Below, piece by piece: positions 12,230 through 24,928 of a DNA stretch of 64,000 nucleotides. Origin of the DNA: Trichoplax adhaerens (lineage: Eukaryota > Animalia > Placozoa); contig NW_002060953.1 of NCBI RefSeq assembly GCF_000150275.1, forward strand, positions 2,320,719 through 2,384,718. The letters are read 5' to 3'. The position numbers and the translations under genes were made by a program. The notes under the pieces were generated by a model. It was not told the origin of the DNA. It saw only the letters and a list, made by a program, of their open reading frames with translations, and did not search any database. How positions within the stretch are numbered: position 1 is the first letter of the stretch; the number at the start of each line of letters is the position of its first letter.

Positions 12230-13985
12230 AGTGTATAAATTCAGTGAACAATACCTATGAATACCGGATTATGGCTTTAGCTATTAAGCCAAGAGATAAC
12301 ATCCTATCATATTTTAACATGTATCATTTATTTTGTATATTAATGTATGTCCATTGTATACTTTATACGCTCAGGAATTCTGAAAGGGTAAAATTACTAT
12401 TATTTGCCATGCAGTTATCGTTATAATACGTACCATCCATATTACGAACGCTAAATACTCGATAATTAACGAATTATCTATAAATTGGATTATTTCAATA
12501 AAGGCCTTGAAATATACGTATAATTTTCAACCCCTAGTATTTTCTGGTCTCATATTTCTTAATCTAAGTGCTACTATACGTATACCTGTAGTGCAGTTCT
12601 TGTTAACATCTCAGAAGTAAAAATGAGCCGATGGTTACTTCATGTTGGATGTTTTATACTATCAATGTGCATAATGGCTTTTTAATTGCCGTAGTAATAT
12701 AGCATAAGCTGCGTAATTGTTGTAGTAAAAATAGTCGAGCATCATGACCATATTGACTGAATGATTATCCTTTCTGAACGTAGCTGCGTTTGCAAGAACA
12801 CTGTTTATGCGTAACATGTTGCTGGTATATACAGTATATTGAAAACTTTTTTGTGAAAGTTCTTGAGAGATATTTACTATATTTTGTACTATCAGCTCTT
12901 CCTCTAATAAGTATTACAAATTCAATTCGTGATGCTGCTCTTCCGATATTATTCAACACGCAATCTTGTTTCCTTTAGCTCAAATTTACAAGTTCAAATG
13001 TAGAAATTTTCTTTTGCACTGATCATATCGCACCTGGTAATTAATAGAGTAAGTCAAGAGTTCATTAAGCATATTATCCTAGCAAGCATCTGACAAGAAC
13101 TAGAAATATTTCAAGGATGTATCGTTATCACGGAAATATGTTAAATATTAGGATCGCATTAAGTTAGACGTGAGAAACATCGCCTTAACATATACAAATA
13201 ATAATTAGTACAGAGATCAACCCAAACGCAAATTACTGTAGTGAAAATTTATGTTAAGCAATAACAAGAAATCATGACAATCACTGTCGATAATTATAAT
13301 TCAATTATATTAAATTGGAATTTTTGCATACGCACCCGTATAGTTCTTATATTCCGTAAACATAGCGTGCATTACTGATTGAATTCAGAAACGTGTAATG
13401 CTTACGATCAATTTCTTGCCTATTCTAACTCGTAGCATGACAAAAGAGGCGATATACAGAATTATTTCAATACTAGACTGGTTGAAAGCACTGGCAGCTA
13501 ATCAGTCTGACATAAATGTCACGCAGAAACTAGACTAGATAAATAATAAGCTACAGTATTGTAGTCTGATAGTTAATTCAGGTTATAAATACGATAGCAA
13601 TATGTACTACGACGGATCATCCAATCCAATATGGTAATAGCTACAGTATTTACGTAGACATTATTTACACCAGCTAAAGAACAATGAACTACCCATGTCA
13701 AATATAAAAGACAGACTATGGTGAATTCTGGTGAGGTAATTTTCCTCTATGACACATGGTATACCCATTCGGAAATGATTAGTGCAAATTAAACTTCATA
13801 GTCGGTAGTTTTTTTCAGGACAATGTTATCATTTATTGATACATATTTAGCTTACTTTATTTTAAGCAAGATTACAATCGATCAAATACTAAATACATTC
13901 GGAATGGATCCAACATGCACTTGTAGTACGCTTCTCGATTTGATAACTACGACGTATATTCAAAAATTCTTTTCCTCCAAAAGAT

Positions 13986-15341
13986 TTATTCGTAAATCGA
14001 TTTATAGAGACTTGCATTCCAATTGACTAATTCATCCTCATTAAACCACAACTTAATTTCCTTGTTAGCACTTTCAACAGAGTCGCTTCCATGGCACACG
14101 TTTCTAGTCAATCAGATATAATTATAGCAAACATAAAGTTATGACCGGCAAAATTGAACAGACGTCGGGAGTAAAGATAATAGACTTTATATACAATGGT
14201 TTCTGAGCTATAGCAATTAATTCAAGATAAGATTAAATTTATTAACTGAATACTAATTAGAATGACAACCAGTTTTCCTCAAATAGATGTAGTAGCTTGG
14301 AATGCAAAGAATACAATATGTCAAACTGCTGAAAGCCTTACCGTCCCAGATCAATAGCGTAATCACCACGAATAGATCCAGGAAGTGATTTCAGCTGAAA
14401 AGCAAATGATTTCATTTAATCGACATCTAGCTATTACCATTAATTGTACAGTATCGAAACAGGTATATACTGTTTGTCAACATTTCGCTTAGAAACTTCA
14501 AATATTCCTACCGGATCAGTTTCTCCTAACATTCGTCGACCGGTTTTAACTACATCTTTACCTTCCCATACCTAGAGAAGAAAAATTGGATTGATCAAAA
14601 AAAAGGATGACAAAAAAAGTTGAATCGACGAATAAGAGCCCCACTTCTAGGCAACTGGCATCTATATAATATAGTGACACCGTCCAACAATTTGCTGGAC
14701 TACGTCTATTCCTGGATTCTTACCATGCATGCAACTGGTCCAGATCCTATAAATGCGACAAGACCATTGAAGAAAGGTTTTCCTGCTAAATCTGCATAAT
14801 GCTCACGCAATAACTCTTCGCTAGCCTACAAAAGCAAAAGGAACATTCGTGTCATTTTTCCATAAATACCCATATTTTCCATCCTCCAATTGCTAATCAC
14901 TATCAGATATGCAGGTATACCGGTGATGAACGACCGCAGTTTAGTTAGTTTTACCGTAACTACTGTTACCACGTGGGCTAAAGTCAAGTCAGACTGCTGT
15001 ATTGTTACGCCTGGACTCAGAAAGATGAAAAGAGAGTAAACTCCTTAATGTCAGATATACTACACAAGATTCATATTCCACTGGCATACAGTATGTCGAT
15101 TGGAGCATTACGATTGTCGTTTTTTCCATCCATTACGATGAAAAAGCCCTTGACTTGCGTGCTGTACAGTACGGTAACATGAGACATGTATCTTAAACGT
15201 TGGTTAGTGACAACTTACCAATTTAAGCTTAAGAGCTACCAGTTTGTAGCCACGTTTCTCAAATCTGCTGATAATGTCGCCGACAAGGCCTCTATCGACA
15301 CCGTCTGGTTTAACCATGATATAAGTACGTTCATTGGCCAT
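13986..15341 (-). CDS. NME1: Nucleoside diphosphate kinase, group I (5 coding exons)
   Basis: Exons 15341-15219, 14825-14724, 14571-14512, 14394-14342, 14103-13986: [28 protein letters not shown]...[11 protein letters not shown]...VWEG...PGSIRGD...RNVCHGSDS (catalytic His)...IYE*. The symbol denotes the NME1/2 family, not strict orthology. Confidence 0.96.
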
Positions 15342-15535
15342 GATGTTTTTCTGTTGTGTTGGTCCAGTGACTCCAATCAGTTTAAAAAATGAAGCTAAAA
15401 GGTAGCCGAGAGTTAGAATCATTCGAGGGATTTTACTGGAAAGGACTCACGTCTCCGTGTCTCAGTGCGATATGGTCTGGTTTAAGAAAGACAAAAGGAG
15501 GAACGAACGATCGCGAGAGGGTACATTAAATTTAA

Positions 15536-16048
15536 CGTACAGTACAATGTACAGTACATCTCTCTGTACAGTCCAGAGTGTACAGTACTGTACTGTACAG
15601 TACAGTACTGTACAGGAGAAAGTTTGAATTACGGGTTCTCGTGCTTCTACTGAACTGTACACTGTACACTGTACAGTACAGTACAGTGTACAGTACAGTA
15701 CAGTACTACCGTATGCAGCTAGAGGTTTTCATTGTCTGGTCTGGACGTCTGGACCCTGATCCAGTCAGTTGATTGAGCGACCGGGGAAACTGCGCAAGTC
15801 TGGTACAATATTATTACGTCAATGTAACACCATGATAGTATGGTACTGTCCACTGTACTGTACAGTACATCCGATACACGATTTAGGTGAAAACTGCAAT
15901 CGTAAAGTACTGTACATGTACTGTATATACTGTAGTGCTGCTTATTAATATTAGATACGTGTACTGGACGTACAGTACAGTACATACAGTGCTGTACAGT
16001 ATTTTACTTCGTGCAAACGGACTTCTATGTACTGTACACTGTACAGTA
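15536..16048. promoter_or_regulatory. GTAC-repeat bidirectional promoter region between NDK (-) and BLZF1 (+)
   Basis: Dense TACTG/CAGTA arrays, including a perfect 36-bp palindrome at 15579-15614 and a repeat-free GC-richer window at ~15715-15835. Lies between divergent genes. Confidence 0.6.
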
Positions 16049-16049
16049 A

Positions 16050-16420
16050 TGTATTTGGCTATTGGATGGAAATCATAAAGGCAGGAACTCTTCACCTCGA
16101 ACTTCTTATGGTGGAAACTGGATATGCAGTAGTGGAAATATGGCTTGAACGATGCTGTCCTATGCGCCTCAATGTATTTCATGAATGATTAAAAGATGGC
16201 TTGTGAAAACTCCACATCTTGACACCATCCAGTATCGGTATTGATAAAACAACTAGAAAGTGAGCTAAGATTAGGATTGATTCCTTGCTTTGTTTGTCTA
16301 TTTCTTATGCTGACTCTACGATAGCAATTTGGATCAACTAGAGCCTCCAGATAGTTTAGTACTTCGATCATAATCACCATTTGGATAATGGCTTTTGAGA
16401 CTTATTCTTGAATTGATCCC
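16050..16420 (-). mobile_element. Decayed non-LTR retrotransposon reverse-transcriptase fragment
   Basis: Track ORFs 16189-16380 and 15883-16182 are in one frame separated by a single TAA. The joined peptide VSKAIIQMV..VLNYLEALVDPNCY..RNRQT..NTDTG..DVEFSQAIF*..ISSFHHKKFEVK..DFHPI follows the order of LINE RT motifs (VSKllE..LnyLE..ldpnQyGFR.nRST..D.G..lDFSKAFD..I.SFL..R.f.V). Recognised by eye only. Confidence 0.45.
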
Positions 16421-17962
16421 ATTTGTATTTGGTGTTTCTGTTAGACTTATAGTATATAGTAGAGTAGGGATTCATCGGTCATGAGCATGATGATTTTTGC
16501 ATTGAAAAGATAGGAGTACACTGTACGAGTGTACGTACGTGTCAACGATGTCGAAATAGACGTGTACTGAAAAGTATCTATAGGAAAGGTTCAAAAAGCG
16601 CTACTTGCTGGCAATTGCAGTACCAATATTACTATTACAATCGTTTCAATTGTATCAGTGGAAGACAACATGGAGGAACAGTGAGCAAAATGATTGTATG
16701 TACAATCCTTTTAAATGAATTTGCTCTACAGGATTTTGCAAATCTCCATTGCTGTAGCATCAGGCCTGATTATGATAATACATCATCGTGAACATAAGGA
16801 TTATTCTGGTGAAGGAAACGCCTTGCAAATGGTTCCCTTTTCGAAGGCCTATATTTTAATAGTACGCTGATAAATGTTTCGAAATCTTATCCCTACTCGC
16901 TGCTGCAGTGGACGTAATGTTATCCAAATTTGGCAACTGATTGATTGTCAAATGATTATACAGTATAATTAATTTGTACTTCTACAATAATACAAAACAG
17001 ATTCTGTCCAATATTTGAGTAGAACTACCGCCTGATTACAAAAGGTTTCTGAAGAAGCAACTTAATAAGATTGCAAAGTAATATCATGGAATGGCGTAGA
17101 CCTAAACTGCATTCATTTTACAATGGTAGCCTATTTCTAGTTGTAGTTATAAATTTATAATAATGTTAGTATCGGAGTACCAGTTGTTTACCGAATGGTG
17201 CATAGGTACTTACTACTTACTAGTTAGAAAGAATCGTATTGGTTTGTGTGCTGCATAGCATGTTATAAACCTGATATAATAGTATGTGTCAGACAAACTA
17301 GAAATAGGTAGAGCATTATGTAACTTGGTCATCGTCGAGTTCACCCATTTTATTAACTGACTATTTCGTATCCTATCTTGTCTTAACCATAAAAAGTACT
17401 CCACTACTATGGCAGCCATTGACTGTATTGCTCTTGTTAATATCATACTACACTTATCCTTAGACATTATTGACAAAATTTAATCACGCTATACTGTACG
17501 TATGGGTATTTTAATTAACACCACCCATCGATGATGCACACGTCTGAACGTCTGAATTTTAATTCAGTTATTCAATACTACCCGGTAGTACTGACAGGTC
17601 TTAGTACTGTATTGTCTTGTTAATCATAACACGTGAGTGTTGGATTGTAGAATTCGTCAGTAATCAGTCCTTTAAAACTTCTGATATCCTGATTCTTTTC
17701 ATTCATTCAGTTCTAGATGTTTTGCAGAAATATCTTATAATCTGCAAGCCAACTGCAGCGACATCATTCTCATTCTCTATGCGATTGTTGTCCTTCGTTT
17801 TTGAAAGTTTACATGTTATAACTCGCCAATTCGATCACACTTTTGTTATTAGTAACATGAAGTACTGGTCTGATAGCAACTTATTCTACCTTAAAATTTA
17901 TTCCTGAAGGTCAAAATCTTCACTCAATTCGACTTTTGCTAAATATTTTGGCGAGATAAATC

Positions 17963-20398
17963 ATGCGTAAGTCATAAAAGTAGTTTGTCCTGTAATATCA
18001 GACTTAACTAGGTCTTTCTTGATATCCCATGTTCTTTCGCTAGAGTTCACTTTTCATTGTATTTTATAATGAACACACATTTATAATCTTCTTTACTTGT
18101 AAATGATCATTTAAATATTGAAGATCGTAAAGGCAAGAGCATAATAACTACTGCTGCCTCGCCACTGAAGCCGAACCATCGCCTGCACATATTCAACTCT
18201 TTGCAAGATGATAAATCCGAAAATCTACCATTAAATGAATTACCGGCAGTTACTATAAAAAACAAAATTACCCAGAATGGATCGGCAACTTATAACATTG
18301 TGGAGTCCAATAAGAAAAATTTAAAGTCCATTTCTTCGATTAATGATAAGATTCCAAGAAATAGCGGCTCAAGCATATTATGGCCAACACCTAGTGCCAC
18401 TGTTGATAATGCAGAACGCGCAGTTGCTGAAGACGTATCAAGAGGTTTGTAGCAATACTGTATAATACTATGGTACATTCAAAGTTTATATATGGCTATG
18501 TTTTGCCAGAAGTTGCCAATGAACTCACCTGTGTGGTTTATAGTATCTTCAAATTGTTATTATCAGTCAATATTTATCTACTATGTCATAATAAGCCGCC
18601 AGCATATTATTTCGCTGATACCAGTAATAGTGGAGACTAAGCATCAATGATTTTAGAATGATAAATTATCTTTAGTAATTTTAGCTACTTATAACAGTAC
18701 TCTTTATTGTCTGAAACGAAATACGAATACGGCATTCTGTCCACTTATTTCTTTTCTTTCATTTGATTTATTCCCTTTCTAGTTGCTAGCAATAACGAAA
18801 TAATTCAACAATCTGTCTATCCCGATGAACAAAAAAGTGCCCAAGCATATCAAAATGTGGATAATAATAATGCAACATATAAGTTAGAGGAAGAAGAAGA
18901 TGAGACTGATATAAGTAATTTAGATACTCATCGTTGCTCGTATCGTGACTTGCTTGAAGAAACGAAAGAACAATTAAAAAAATTAGACTCAAAGTTAGAA
19001 GCACAACTGATTGTGAGTATGAGTTGGTCTTTGTTTCGTAAATGTTTTTCCTTCGATTTGTTATCTTCCTTATTCTTAGTTAATGTTTACCTAAGTAACC
19101 CATTGACTGTTTGCTTAGCCTAATTCTTTAAATTGCAGGTAAATGCTGAGCTTAAGCGATTATTAGTGGCTTCTATAGGTGATGATATTGGACTAAAGTA
19201 AGTCTTGTAATGTTAAGGTCTCTTTATGTTAGAAATATGCTTGTTGAGTAGTTGTCTGTATAGCTCTAGTATTCTCTTTTTAACATAAAATTTAAGTCAC
19301 TTCTATTTAATAGTGTATGCGTATATTGTATACAACTTCTTCAACTACAGATTAGAGGAATTAACGAAAGATAAAACTGAATTAGCAATGCAAATTGAAG
19401 ACTACACGAAGCAGATCGTTGAAGATCGTGAGAAGTTGGACAATGCAGCCATGAAATGCAATGTTTGGAGAAGCAAATACTTGGCTAGCAGGTCGATATT
19501 TCATGATTGGCTATAGCGTTGCTAAGATTTGTATTGCTACTCTCGGCTGAAATTTTTTATGTCGTAGCAATTATGCTTGTAATTGTTATGGCACAAGAAA
19601 TTGACTATTTTAAATGTTTACAGGGTGATGATTGAACAATTGATACATTGGAAACTTGAAATGTATGATTACTTAACAGAATATCACAACGGCATCAAAA
19701 ATATACTGAATGACAGAGTGACTTTAGCGAAAGATCTTTTGATATCGAGCAGGTGATGAATTTTCCCGATACAAATCGCTCTTTGATTGTTCGTGAATCT
19801 AACATACCAATCGTATTTCTCTGTTTTAATTATCGAAACTGTTTCTCTCCTACTGTAGAAATCTAGAAAGCATTCATCAACACCTTAACAAAGGGAAAGC
19901 CAATCCTGTGTATTCTAAGGAAATTCATAACGAAAAAGATGTAATCAATGTGTGTAAAGATAATAAAGAATTAATACAGCTGATATCAAATTGTTTATCG
20001 GTTCAACCTGACGTTAAAAGTAACTACCTAGCCATCACTCCTTCTGACACTGAACATTCACTGCAACAGGTAATAGCTAGTATTTATCGACTAATATTAG
20101 TTCTCCATAAGTTTAAGGAAATTCTATGCTAAAGTATCGCTTTGCTTGGCACTATTAGTTAACACTTGAAGTTGACGAAACTGGAATCTTAGAATATAAT
20201 CTTGATCGATTCTCTCAATCATTGGCAAAAGACGTGGAAAAACACTTTAAACTATATCGGGAGAGGAAATCAAATGCACCAAAGAAAATTACCGGTTCTC
20301 AATCTTTCAAGGAAAATATTCACAAAATAGCTCAGAACTTTGATTTTCCAGCGATAGACTGTTGCTCCCAATGCAAAGGCGAAATACTTTTAGTTTAA
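17963..20398 (+). CDS. BLZF1: Golgin-45 / BLZF1 (8 coding exons)
   Basis: ATG 17963 (ATGC|gtaagt joined to 18124). Coiled coil VNAELKRLLVASIGDD, CNVWRSKYLASRVM, and C-terminal CCSQCKGEILLV* (TAA 20396-20398) match golgin-45 signature motifs. Confidence 0.9.
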
Positions 20399-21856
20399 TG
20401 TTTCATTTGAATGCATTGTATATATAATTCTTTATTGCTCTTTGTGAATCTTTAATATTTAAAGTTAGAGAGCTGCGTTATCTGAGAGCAATGCTTATTA
20501 GTATTTTAATGTTTTTAAAAAATTGTTACATGTACCTGAAAAAGTAATAGATTAACCGCAATATATGAAGATTTAACATGCTTAGGTTGTATTATAAACC
20601 CAATTTTTAAGATTGTCTAGTTTGGATTTGTTGCTAGTAATACGAATTCGTACTGATATGCGGCTCTAGAGGTGTTTCACATGCTGATATAAAATGAATC
20701 AATTAACTGGATTTCTAGCCGCTTGTTACTGTAATAATACCTTGTTATCATATTAATACAGAACGTGAATGGGAAAATGCGAGAATTATTTGTAGCTTGT
20801 AAGACCCAACAGAATTTAATATAGAGCAATAAATGATATTAGTCGCATATTAATTTAGAATGACTTGTTTTTATTATACTGTATGATTTGCGTTTTCGAT
20901 ACATGCTCTTTATTTGCGGTATTCCCAGTTCACAGTTGTAGTATCCTAAAGTGGTAAGTGCTACTATTCGTACTTCCAAACAACTTCTCGTAAAAATTTG
21001 CAAATTGTTGGTAGAAGCAGTCGTACTGGTTATACCTAACACCGTAATAATCATAGTAGATCGCTTATTTGTCACGATTGGTGCAATTTATTACTGCATG
21101 ATATTCCTTTACTATTAGCTATCGTCCATTCCGCACATTCTATAGTATGTACGCTAGAGAATTTACAGCATACTGCACATGAATAGTAATTGTACAATTA
21201 TAGTAATCACACAAGGAGTAAATAAGAGAGTTTTTATTGCGAACATAAGCGGAGGACAGGCGATTACTATGTTCTGCACAAATAATGAAAACTATGAGGC
21301 CGACAACACTCACTCCTAAAGTACAACGGTGCCTAATGTAAAGGGATCGTGTTGATCCATGTATGTGTATATGTATAGTATCATGAGAGAGGTATCCTAC
21401 GCGTTTATACTGCAATAAACGTACATCATAAACAGGATGCTGTATGACGACGAAAGCAGTCACTTGACTTAGCTCGAAGCTGAAAGTTTCTACGATATTC
21501 ATCTCTTTATAGGGAATCAACTCAACCCGAACTTCATACGATGCTTAAATTTGTAAAGTATAAAGTAGGCGAAGTCTAACGAGCGTGAGTTGAAATTTAA
21601 TTCTGTCATCACACTGTATTATCATTACTATAATTACTACTAGCAGAATGGCCCGCGTTGCTACGTGCTGGACAGTATTAGACAAGCTAAGTTTCCATGA
21701 TTTATTATTCCTCTAGAGTCCAGAAATGCAATATTAAATGATAACTCTAGTTGCTTCGCTCTTGTACTGTTTGATTCATTTATTAAATTTCAATTAAAAG
21801 AATCATAAAGTTAATTTCGATTTCATAAATTTTTATAATCGTTATAAACTCGGAGC

Positions 21857-22083
21857 TACAGTACAGTAGATCCTCTCAACTGTACAGTATAGTATACTGT
21901 ACATACAGTACAGTGTACTGTACGTACTATACAGTGTACCGTACTGTACTGTACTGTACAGTATACTCAGTGTACAGTGCACTGTACTGTACGCTCCGAA
22001 TCAGATCGACTCATTTCTGGTCAAAGTCATCGAGATTTTTCACAGTACATTGTACAGTACAATACAGTACGGTACTGTACAGT
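21857..22083. promoter_or_regulatory. GTAC-repeat array upstream of RNF7
   Basis: Dense TACTG/CAGTA repeats with a repeat-free window at ~21990-22040. Followed by a probable first exon ending at a gtaaga donor (~22134). Confidence 0.6.
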
Positions 22084-22337
22084 AGTCCAATGCATTACGG
22101 TAGTCGGGACCCTGGAAATGAATCCGGCGACGGGTAAGAAGAAGTTTGCCATCTAGATAGAAATTAGAAATTATTATTAATTGCTGAACAACCTTAGGAT
22201 ATTACTACATAAACATACAAGTATATATCGTTATATATACAGTACAGTAAGCGTACGAGTGCAGTGTGTTTGAAGTTGATAAATGGAAAGATGGTTAAGT
22301 ATTCATGTGGTAAAGCCCATTAACAGAAGGTTAAGTG

Positions 22338-23112
22338 ATGGAAAAATCGAGTACCTCGAAAAGCTCAAAGCCTGCACCTAAGGAAGAAAGTTTGTTTACA
22401 ATTAAAAAGTGGAATGCCGTGGCGTTGTGGTCATGGGATGTTACTTGCGATACATGTGCTATTTGCAAATTACTGTTAGTAGGTATGAGAGGAATAGTCG
22501 ATAAAAAACTTAGGATCAATCAACTGTAATTCATATGAAAGGAGTAATGAAGCGTTGGCGTGAGTAGGAACCTGCGATTGTGTTGACTATTCACGTACAA
22601 CGATGGTAAGGTAGGACAAGTCCTATGCAACTTGTCAGCAGGAAGGGTAGAAAGACTTCATTTTGCTCTATAGCTAATTGATTTGCTACAGCCATATGGA
22701 AGTTGATAATTTGGGCTAACCGATAATGATTGATCTTTAATAACAGATGCATGCATGAAGTGCCAAAACGAAATTAAAACAGAAGATTGTGTCGGTAAAT
22801 TGTTATCCATGATGGACTTCTCTTTGATTAGTTAATATTAAACGTAGAAGCAATACCTACACAGTTTCGAAATTTTACAGTTCTGCTTTCGCTCGTAGTG
22901 ATAATAGATTTGAAAACTAAAAAAATAAGTAGGTTCCCCACTACGCAATTGTAATTTTCAACTGATTTAATCTATTTGGTTACTAAAATCTAGTTGTTTG
23001 GGGTGAATGCAATCATTCCTTTCATCGATGCTGTATTGCCTCCTGGTTAAATAAAAGCAACCGTTGTCCGTTATGTCAACGTGAATGGATTGTCCAAAGA
23101 ATTGGTCGATGA
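22338..23112 (+). CDS. RNF7: RING-box protein 2 (RBX2/SAG)
   Basis: Exons 22338-22482, 22747-22794, 22994-23112: [75 protein letters not shown]. WSWDVxCDTCAIC and QRIG are RBX2-type. A short upstream coding exon is possible. Confidence 0.95.
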
Positions 23113-24928
23113 CGAATGACTATTAACATTGTATTATCTCTCATTGATTTAGGAATCAATTTATCAAATTAATCTACACTAAAGTTATATCAAAGCAGGA
23201 TAAATTAGCCTACTTTCATACCCAAATTTTGAAATCTATGAATATTTTAACTATAATACAATTAGCATCATCTTATAAAATTACTCCATTTAACATTAAG
23301 AAGAGATACAGGTTGAGCTATTACCGCGATCAAAGTTCTACGATACTGAATAACAGAGTTTTTAAGTTAAGCTTGGATGGTTAAAATACACTCGTAGTAA
23401 CTATGCCAATCCGAAATGGGAATTGAAACCTAAAAGCTCAACATCAATTTTAGATTTCATAACTAATCAATAAGCATATTTTTTCGTATAATTATTATTC
23501 TAAAAGGTTAAAGGAACATACTTTAATGTTTGATTGGTATAAACTATTGAATTACCTTGTTATCAATTGATTGAATTATTGTCTGTGTTCGGTATCTATT
23601 ACTGTATATTACTATCTAAAAAGTGCATAATTTATGGTAACGAGAAGTAGTACATTGGCATAAAAGCTACTGCTATCCACATTAAATTTCTCGCAGTAAA
23701 GCTGTCTGTCCATAAATCCTTTAATATTGATGATGTTTCTGTATTAACATTACGATTTGGAGATTCTTAAATAAAAAGAATAATGTTTAGTTCTTTAGTT
23801 CAAAGTTTATGACATGGCCCTGCTCATTTAACATCAAATGAGCTGCCTTTCTACAAATTTATATGTAATTCCTTTAGTATGTCCGCTCGTAACCTAAACT
23901 GCTAAAATCTGCGTAAGTGGTCATACTCAATTTGACTAGGTTAGATGCAATTGGAACGAAAATCGGAATATTATAATGAAGTCTCAACCTTCATCTGTCT
24001 CCTGACTTGAGGAATACAATTATTTTGTAATGTTAAGTGTAATTCTAGCAATAACTGATTCTTAAGAATCAAATGTATTCATTATTGAATATGATATGAA
24101 ATATTAGAAATGAATCTACCAGTAAAATCTAATTTCGTGTATGTGCTTCAACATGCAGAGATCGCAAATGGCATATACATTATAGAGTACTCGAAAATAA
24201 ACAGTATTTCTATGTTCAGATCAATACAGCATAAAAAAAAACTTAGTATTGCTTACATCTGTGAATTACTGCTGTCTCATCCATTACTCAATGAAAACGT
24301 TAATAACACCACTTAACTGAAATTATTCTGGGTTGTCCTAGTAAAGCATTGGCAATTACTCATACAAGCACTTATGTTAAAATGAATAAAACCTGACCCT
24401 ACCATGACCTGTACAACACCAAAGTAGTAATACTATAATTACTAACGTGCAAAAGCCATGCAATACAGTACTGTATATCAGGCATAATATAATTGATTGT
24501 AATTAATTATGCTGGTAGTGGATGCATTCAACAAGTGTGATGCTTAGAACACTACTCGTTACCGTCTTAAATCGATATACGAGTATAACAGATTAAAAAA
24601 CTCAAACGGAAGTTTCGATCACAGGCTCTGCTACTACATTAACTAACTATTACATCATATTGTTTCAATTTTAAGGGAGGATATAACTATTTGTATTGTT
24701 AAGTTATAATAGAATAACAATTGAATAAACCCAGTCGAATTGGGTGGTGATATAGTGTATAGTATACCGTAGGCAATTTAACAGATGATCAAACTATTAC
24801 CGTAACGTTGTACAAGTGCAAATCCTCTCAATTTTATTTTCTATACCGCTGAAAAAGATTTATATTAACTTATCAGGAGAGATTATTTCCATATTCCATT
24901 TACATTTTATAGAAAATTTACGCGTAAT

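Noticed and set aside
12590-13040. Minus-strand coding-like stretch between EIF2B5 and NDK
   Set aside because: Multiple stops, no recognisable domain, and no consistent splice path.
21140-21520. 126-aa minus ORF divergent from RNF7
   Set aside because: Non-ATG start, no recognisable motif, and no supporting exon structure.
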